A stretch of 58,759 nucleotides of DNA from Minisyncoccota bacterium (lineage in GTDB: Bacteria > Patescibacteriota > Minisyncoccia > Phycocordibacterales > UBA12079). The position numbers and the translations under genes are program-made. The stretch is from NCBI GenBank assembly GCA_023140255.1, contig JAGLLX010000009.1, positions 1 to 58,759 on the forward strand. Reading direction: 5' to 3'. Numbering within the stretch: the stretch's first letter is position 1; every line of letters starts with the position of its first letter. The notes beneath the pieces were generated by a model that was not told the DNA's origin, ran no database searches, and saw only the letters and a list, made by a program, of their open reading frames with translations. Positions 52,719 to 58,759 of this stretch are shown here, in pieces.

Positions 52719-53789
52719 TTATTCTTTTTCAGGTTTTTCTATTAGAAGAGGATCTATTTCAGTTGAACCCCCAGTAATTCTATAAATATCTTTATCAATT
52801 TTTCCTAATTCTTTACGAGAAGTATTAAAATGGTTAACTGTAGTAGAAAGAGAAGCTCCTAATTTTGTGTGGTAATTATCATAAGCTTTTATATGTCCTT
52901 GTAATTTTTCTACATTCTTGATTATCTCTTTTGCAGACTCTTCTACTTTAAATGCCTTAAATCCTTGCAAAATTGTGCTTAAATAAGCCACAAAGGTTGT
53001 AGGCGAAACAATGATTACCTTTCTATCCCTGTAAGCGTATTCAATCAATGATTTTGTGTTTACTTTGATTGAACCTACTTCATTGACTAGTAAATCATAA
53101 TAAATGGCCTCTGCTGGAATATACATAATTGCAAACGGCAAAGTTCCCTCTTTAATTTTTATATATTTTGCAGTCTCATCAATTCTCTTTTTTAAGTCAT
53201 TTGTAAATTCTTTTTCTAAAATAAGTTTTTTATCTTCATCATCTTCATTTACAATTCTATTATAATTATCTAGTGAAAATTTAGCGTCCACAGGAATAAT
53301 TCCGTCTTTGGTGTATATAACGGCATCAACAATATCCCCATCTTCAAATGAATACTGCATTTTATATTCTGTAGGTGGAAGTATATTGCTCAAGATTAAA
53401 TCTAAACCAGCTTCTCCTAAATTCCCTCTTTGTTTCTGATTTTTTAAAACTTTTTCCAAATTCTGTAATTGTTCAGTCATTCCAAAAACCTGTTTATTCG
53501 TTTCTTTAATTTCTGTCATTTTTTCTGTAATATCTTTTATCAATTTTTGAGATTCTCCAAATTGAGTTTTAACTGAATCAGCCATTAATTTTGAAGACTC
53601 CCCTATTTTAGAATCAAGAGTTTTATTTAACTCATTCATTTGATTTTGCAAAAGCAAGAAAGATTTATCATCTTCTTTATCTTCTGGCTTCTCTAAACCC
53701 TTTTTAATCAAACTATAAATAAACCACAAAAAAGCCCCGTTTAAAACAACAAATAAAGCTATAATTAAATAAATAGTAGTTGAACTCAT
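52719..53789 (-). CDS. rmuC: DNA recombination protein RmuC
   Basis: N-terminal TM, coiled coil, RmuC nuclease-like C-terminus (MYIPAEAIYYDLL); ATG at 53789 preferred over the TTG at 53825. Confidence 0.9.
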   Translation of the reverse strand: MSSTTIYLIIALFVVLNGAFLWFIYSLIKKGLEKPEDKEDDKSFLLLQNQMNELNKTLDSKIGESSKLMADSVKTQFGESQKLIKDITEKMTEIKETNKQVFGMTEQLQNLEKVLKNQKQRGNLGEAGLDLILSNILPPTEYKMQYSFEDGDIVDAVIYTKDGIIPVDAKFSLDNYNRIVNEDDEDKKLILEKEFTNDLKKRIDETAKYIKIKEGTLPFAIMYIPAEAIYYDLLVNEVGSIKVNTKSLIEYAYRDRKVIIVSPTTFVAYLSTILQGFKAFKVEESAKEIIKNVEKLQGHIKAYDNYHTKLGASLSTTVNHFNTSRKELGKIDKDIYRITGGSTEIDPLLIEKPEKE

Positions 53790-53810
53790 TAATATAAGTA
53801 TAGAGTAGTA

Positions 53811-53877
53811 AGTATTAAGTATCAAGTCACCTCATGGGCAACCCACTAATGAGACAGGTAGGTACTAAGTATTTTTT
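53811..53877. repeat. Hairpin element flanked by AGTAYTAAGTA direct repeats, copy 2
   Basis: agtattaagtatcaagtcacctcat...atgagacaggtaggtactaagtatttttt; compare 433..495. Confidence 0.6.
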
Positions 53878-54087
53878 ATAACTATTACTACTCCATTTAA
53901 ATGGAGTAGTAATAGTTATAATTATAGTGCTTAGAGTATTGTAATTACATACTTAAATAAAATAGTGTAATCAACCTGCCTTTGCTAGCAGGTAGACTAA
54001 ATTATTGTTATGTAGGTTACTGCAGTAATTGATAGAAAAAATAATTACAGCGCTCCAAGCACTATAAACAATTAAAGATAAAAAAAC

Positions 54088-54122
54088 AGGCGCTTAAGGT
54101 TTTAACAAAACCTTAAGCGCCT
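54088..54122 (-). terminator. Long hairpin terminator
   Basis: aggcgcttaaggtttt aac aaaaccttaagcgcct. Confidence 0.75.
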
Positions 54123-54128
54123 TTCTTG

Positions 54129-54565
54129 TTACCCAAAATCAATTCCATCTTCAATTGCTCTTTCTTTATTAGGACAGTCTTCAAGAATAGCATCCAATAT
54201 TAAATTACAATAATACTCAGTTTCTTGAAAATTAACACTCTTTTTTCCCATAGCATAGAGGAAACAAGCAAGAATTGAGTTAGTAGGAGCTAAATGGGAA
54301 GAATTTTTTTTACAAACAGAGACCTTAAATCTGAAAGCTCCTAGAAAAAACAAAGGTTTCTTTTTTTTAAAAGAGGACATCGCCAGCAAAAGATTTCCCA
54401 AAAAGTATCACAATAACCGCACCAAGAAACAACACTCAAATCATCAAAACCAGAACTGCCAGAAAAATGTTCTTCTTTTTTAACCTTTTCAAGTATTGAT
54501 ACCCATTTTTGAGCAGAGAACAACCAATTTGCATAAGAAATATTATGAACTTCTGTAGTCCCCAT
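54129..54565 (-). pseudogene. Cys-rich hypothetical gene interrupted by a frameshift in an A8 run
   Basis: ORFs 54341..54565 and 54129..54401 overlap in frames 0 and -1 across 54361..54368 (T8 on the plus strand); strong SD aaggaggag before the ATG at 54565. Confidence 0.6.
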
Positions 54566-54745
54566 TTTCTCCTCCTTTTTTATTTAAACCTATTTGTTAA
54601 AAGACAAGTTAAATTTAAAAACAAATCTATCAACAAACATACCACAATTATTAAATTATGTAAATAAATACTCAACATTTCTTATTATGGTTTTATTGAT
54701 AATACCATAATAAGAATAAACTCTTACTTTTAAAGCTTAACATAA

Positions 54746-54798
54746 CTAATCCTCGGCTCTGCTTGTCCGCCGATGAGGAGGATTGAGCCGAGGATTAG
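54746..54798. repeat. AATCCTCGGCTC hairpin with a 25-nt insertion in the loop
   Basis: ctaatcctcggctc [tgcttgtccgccgatgaggaggatt] gagccgaggattag. Confidence 0.6.
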
Positions 54799-54828
54799 TG
54801 AATTGTCTTTCATCTAAATTATAAATAA

Positions 54829-55215
54829 TTAGCTAAACAAAAGTTTTTTTAAGCTTAAACTTTTAGACGGAATATCCCCGTATATATTTATTTTTTTCTG
54901 TCCGGGATAAAGTATTAAAATAAATTTTACAATTATATTTACAGGAGGGACAAAGATTAATAAAGCTATTATTCCTGGATAACCCATATCGTGAAATCGT
55001 TTAACAACTAAAGAGAATAAAATAAATAAAAATATAGGGATACTTAATACCCCTATAAAATAGGCTAAACTAAAATTACCACCAATATCACTTACTACGA
55101 AACGTATTATAAAAATAAATACAACAAAACTTATAAACACTCCTATAGACCTAAATAAATATTGCATTCTATTTATCCTACCTTTAAACAAATTACTAAT
55201 TTTTTCTTTTATCAT
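54829..55215 (-). CDS. DUF805 family inner membrane protein
   Basis: GRINRMQYLF ... VKRFHDMG motifs, three TM helices. Confidence 0.8.
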   Translation of the reverse strand: MIKEKISNLFKGRINRMQYLFRSIGVFISFVVFIFIIRFVVSDIGGNFSLAYFIGVLSIPIFLFILFSLVVKRFHDMGYPGIIALLIFVPPVNIIVKFILILYPGQKKINIYGDIPSKSLSLKKLLFS

Positions 55216-55269
55216 AACGTTTTTATTAATTTTTTAATAATATTTTTAATTTAATTTATAAAAATTGCA

Positions 55270-57885
55270 CTAAGCTTTCTTTAAGAAGAAAAAATATTTA
55301 GCACCTTCAATTAAAAGTAAGTTAAAGATTCCTAACAGAAGAATAATTCCAAAATCAAAAGAATTTAACGAAACAGTCTGTAAAATAAGTTGCAAAAAAG
55401 GAGCATATATACCAGCCAAAATCATTAGGAAACTTAAAGTCCAAGCAAGAATTAAGAATTTATTAGATAAAATATCTATTTTCCAAATGGGCTTGTGCAA
55501 AGATTTAAGAGAAATCGCAAACAACAAAGAATCAATAGAAAGAGCTACAAACATAATAGTACGAACTTCTGCTAACGGTAGATCTAATTTGCTTAAAAAG
55601 TAATAAAAAGCAATCAAGAAAGTCCCCGTAATAACAGCAATCATTATTACCATATTTTTTAACCGAGGAGTTAAAATTTCAGAATTATAAAGCTTATCCT
55701 TTACTGTCTTTTTATAGTGTTCTTTTGGTTCAAATACAAAAGCGAAATTCATAAAACCTTCCTCAACAATATTTATCCATAAAATTTGAGACGCTAAAAC
55801 AGGCAAAGGTAACCCTAATATCAAAGATCCACCAATGATAAAAACTTCTGAAAAAGATGTTGATAAGAGATAAGCTACAATCTTTTTTAAATTATCAATA
55901 ATTCTACGACCTTCTTCAACAGCAAAAACAATTACTGAAAATGAATTGTCTAACAAAATTAAATCTGCTGATTCTTTAGCAACTTCAGTTCCACTTTCCA
56001 CAGCAATTCCAACATTAGCATTTCTTAGAGCTGGGGCATCATTTATTCCATCTCCAGTCATTGCAATAATCTCTCCATTTTCTTTTAGTATTTTTGAAAT
56101 CCTTAGTTTTTGATTGGGGCTCATTCTAGCAAAAACACTTACTCCCTCTAAAACTTTCTCTAATTCTAAATCATTTAATTCTTCAATATCTTCTCCTCTT
56201 AAAACCTTTCCTCCAACTTTTATAATACCAACTTCTTCAGCAATTTTCCGAGCTGTTCCTTCATTATCTCCGGTTAACATTATAGTTCTCACCCCTAATT
56301 CTTTTGTTGTTTTCAAAGACTCCTTTACCCCCACTCTAACAGGGTCATTAAAAGCAAGAAGGGCTGTAAAGACTAACCCTTCTAAATCTTCATTAGAAAT
56401 TTTTTCTAAATTAACCTCTTTATAAGCCTGAGCTGTTACTCTCATTCCTGAGTTAGTTTTTTCTTCTAAAATTTCAGAAAAATACTGTCTATCTTTTTTT
56501 GTTATTTTTCTTTTCTCTCCATTTTCAAAAATATATTGAGATTTTTCTAAAATGATTTCAGGGCGACCATTTATATAAATTCTATTTTTTGAAGTATTAC
56601 TTTCATTTAGAGAAGCGGCATATCCATTTTTTGAAGAAAATAATAACAAATCAATTCTTTTATTTTCAGATTTTAATTCTTTTTGCGAAATACCTACTTC
56701 TAATCCTGCTGATACTATAGCTTTCTCTAGAGGACGCCCTTGAACAATAACCTCCCCTTCTTCTCCTAACTCTACGAACGCATCTGAACCTAAAACAGCC
56801 ATTCTTAAAGCTTCTAAATTATCATCTTTTTTCTTTGTTAAGGTAATAACATCAACTAATTTCATCTTTGCTTCTGTAATTGTTCCTGTTTTATCAGTCA
56901 AAATTACTGAAACATTCCCTAAAGTTTCTGAAGCTAATAGATTTTTTACTAAACCACCCTTTTTTAATATCTCCTTCATTCCGACAGCCAAAACAGCAGT
57001 AGTAGCCACAGGCAAACCCTCAGGAATAACAGCAATAGCTATAGCAATAGACATTAAAAACATTTCAACATAAGGTTCTCCTTTAGATATTCCTAAAATA
57101 AATATTAAAACGATTGCTACTAAAACTAAAATTGCTAAAGAGCGAACCAATTTATCCATCTTCTTTTTCATTGGAGTTATTTTTTCATAATCAGCTAAAG
57201 ATTTTGAAATTTCTCCTAATTCAGTTTCCTTTCCTGTACTTACAACAATTCCTTTTCCATATCCAGCAGAAATAGAAGTTCCCATCCATAACATATTAAT
57301 TTGACTAGTTAAGGGCAAATCTTTGTCTTCTAAGGCTTTTGATTTTTTGATAACTCCTATCCATTCCCCTGTTAAAACCGCTTCGTTAACCAATAAATTC
57401 TTAGATTTTACCAAACGAATGTCAGCAGGAACATAAGCTCCAGCACTTAAGACAACTAAATCCCCAACAACTAAATCCTCTACAGGAATAATTCTTTGTT
57501 TACTTCCTCTTATAACTGTTGCTTTTTTATGTTGAGCTGTGTTCAATTTTTCAAAAGCTTTATCAGCTTTTTCTTCTTGTATGATTCCAACAATTAAATT
57601 TATTATTACAGCTAAAAAAACTACAGTTGCGTCTAAAACTAAACCTAAACCTAAAGCTGTGGCTCCAGCAAGTAACAGAATAAAATTAAAAGGATTTTTT
57701 ATATGAATAATAATTTTTTTAATAAAAGAGGTTTCAATTTCTTTTACTAAAATATTCTCTCCATATATTTTTCGGTTTTCTACAACTTGCCGAGAATTTA
57801 AACCCTCTTTTAAATTAGTTTCTAATTTTAATTCTAATTCTTTGGGTTTAAGGTTATAACAAGCACTTTTTAAATTTAATAACAT
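55270..57885 (-). CDS. Cation-transporting P-type ATPase (type II, Ca2+/Mg2+-like)
   Basis: DKTGTIT phosphorylation site, TGDN, GDGINDAPAL, 10-TM layout, 871 aa. Confidence 0.94.
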   Translation of the reverse strand: MLLNLKSACYNLKPKELELKLETNLKEGLNSRQVVENRKIYGENILVKEIETSFIKKIIIHIKNPFNFILLLAGATALGLGLVLDATVVFLAVIINLIVGIIQEEKADKAFEKLNTAQHKKATVIRGSKQRIIPVEDLVVGDLVVLSAGAYVPADIRLVKSKNLLVNEAVLTGEWIGVIKKSKALEDKDLPLTSQINMLWMGTSISAGYGKGIVVSTGKETELGEISKSLADYEKITPMKKKMDKLVRSLAILVLVAIVLIFILGISKGEPYVEMFLMSIAIAIAVIPEGLPVATTAVLAVGMKEILKKGGLVKNLLASETLGNVSVILTDKTGTITEAKMKLVDVITLTKKKDDNLEALRMAVLGSDAFVELGEEGEVIVQGRPLEKAIVSAGLEVGISQKELKSENKRIDLLLFSSKNGYAASLNESNTSKNRIYINGRPEIILEKSQYIFENGEKRKITKKDRQYFSEILEEKTNSGMRVTAQAYKEVNLEKISNEDLEGLVFTALLAFNDPVRVGVKESLKTTKELGVRTIMLTGDNEGTARKIAEEVGIIKVGGKVLRGEDIEELNDLELEKVLEGVSVFARMSPNQKLRISKILKENGEIIAMTGDGINDAPALRNANVGIAVESGTEVAKESADLILLDNSFSVIVFAVEEGRRIIDNLKKIVAYLLSTSFSEVFIIGGSLILGLPLPVLASQILWINIVEEGFMNFAFVFEPKEHYKKTVKDKLYNSEILTPRLKNMVIMIAVITGTFLIAFYYFLSKLDLPLAEVRTIMFVALSIDSLLFAISLKSLHKPIWKIDILSNKFLILAWTLSFLMILAGIYAPFLQLILQTVSLNSFDFGIILLLGIFNLLLIEGAKYFFFLKKA

Positions 57886-57959
57886 AACTATAATTTTAAC
57901 ATAAATTAATTTAAAGTTATGCTATACTTTTATTATATAAATCTAAATTAAATAAATTT

Positions 57960-58445
57960 ATGAATATAGAACAACAAATAAGAGAAGAATTAAAAGAATC
58001 AATGAGAAACCATGAAGAAACTCGTTTATTAGTATTAAAAAGTCTTTTATCAGGCTTTACTAATGAATTAGTAGCTTCTGGAAAAACTCCACAGGATGAA
58101 ATTACTGATGAATTGGCCTTAACTGTAATTAAAAGAGCGGTTAAACAAAGAAAAGACTCTATTGAGCAATTTAAAAAAGGTGGAAGAGAAGATTTAGTTG
58201 TAATAGAAGAAGCTGAATTAGAGATTCTAGGAAAATATTTGCCTGAAATGATGAGTGAGGAAAAAATTAAAGAAATAGCTGAAGCAAAAAAATCGGAAAT
58301 GGGAGTAGATGATGTTTCTAACCTGCCTGCCGGCAAGGCAGGAATGGGAATTTTAATCGGTGCAATAATGGGAGAAATTAAAAAAACTGGCGAAGATGCT
58401 GATGGCGCTTTAGTCAAAAAAACCGTAGAAGAACTTTTTAAATAA
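57960..58445 (+). CDS. GatB/YqeY domain protein
   Basis: 161 aa; KESMRNHEETRLLVLKSLLS and C-terminal GxxMGxIMGEIK pattern. Confidence 0.85.
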   Translation: MNIEQQIREELKESMRNHEETRLLVLKSLLSGFTNELVASGKTPQDEITDELALTVIKRAVKQRKDSIEQFKKGGREDLVVIEEAELEILGKYLPEMMSEEKIKEIAEAKKSEMGVDDVSNLPAGKAGMGILIGAIMGEIKKTGEDADGALVKKTVEELFK

Positions 58446-58486
58446 TAGTAGACATCGTAATAGTAGACATCGGATGTCTACTATTT
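58444..58486. repeat. TAGTAG-family hairpin with a duplicated 5-prime arm
   Basis: aatagtagacatcg taatagtagacatcggatgtctactatt; core identical to 4767..4797. Confidence 0.65.
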
Positions 58487-58539
58487 AAATAAAAAGAAAA
58501 CCACTCAGCAAAAGTGGTTTTCTGTTGAGCGGTAGATAT

Positions 58540-58759
58540 TTAAGGCCACTTTTTCTTTGTTTCTTCAAAAAGTGCAACGAGACGATTTACGTTATCTTCA
58601 GTAAGAGTCCAGAAAACGTCATTCATGAAATAAAACCAAACATCTGTGTCGTTATAACACTCAAATAATTCTTGAAGATGAGCCACCTCTTCAATAACAT
58701 CATAAAAACCTATAATTTGTCTTAGAAATAATTTCCCCTCAGCACAATTTAAAAAACCC
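58540..58759 (-). CDS. 3-prime part of a hypothetical gene running off the window
   Basis: My own translation of the open frame to the window edge gives ...CAEGKLFLRQIIGFYDVIEEVAHLQELFECYNDTDVWFYFMNDVFWTLTEDNVNRLVALFEETKKKWP*; GC-richer than the neighbours. Confidence 0.4.
   Translation of the reverse strand, partial: GFLNCAEGKLFLRQIIGFYDVIEEVAHLQELFECYNDTDVWFYFMNDVFWTLTEDNVNRLVALFEETKKKWP

Noticed and set aside
57917-58417. 166-aa minus-strand ORF opposite yqeY
   Set aside because: It is a Ser/Ile/Phe-rich mirror frame of a recognisable GatB/YqeY-domain gene.

Overview
AT-rich (roughly 25-35% GC in hand-counted stretches) bacterial chromosome segment. The style suggests a reduced Patescibacteria/CPR-like genome, by inference only: tightly packed genes, short DnaX, and ribosomal proteins scattered singly. 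It has many peptidoglycan and division genes (murG, ftsW, murJ, mraY, ftsQ, DD-peptidases) but almost no biosynthesis genes, and nearly every intergenic gap holds a palindromic hairpin. Recognisable content: replication and repair (dnaB, dnaE, dnaX, recR, dprA, rmuC, scpAB), translation (rplU, rplI, rpmA, rpmF, cysS, gltX, serS, tRNA-Gln, tRNA-Glu, an oversized RNase P RNA), and envelope and transport genes. Most interesting points: (1) a minus-strand accessory island at 15016..20189. It holds an adenine methyltransferase plus a DUF262-HNH nuclease behind a G10 tract, a tight three-gene orphan operon ending in a coiled-coil/3-TM protein, and a ClpP-fold SDH-type serine protease. This is a candidate composite defence locus whose protease/orphan part matches no system I recognise. 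(2) Two paralogous FISUMP (C-type-lectin-like) genes flank dnaB. Their 3-prime ends are strongly adenine-depleted, rich in NNC codons and followed by hairpins, which looks like diversity-generating-retroelement variable regions, but no RT or template repeat is in the window. (3) A ~660-nt RNase P RNA carries two insertions of a palindromic element family that also sits in intergenic regions. (4) An orphan promoter-to-terminator unit (~218 nt) looks like an unclassified sRNA. (5) Several repeat families occur, including an inverted repeat that abuts start codons, plus an A8 frameshift gene and a NusB-Nudix fusion. All calls come from reading the sequence and ORF track by eye; no searches were run.
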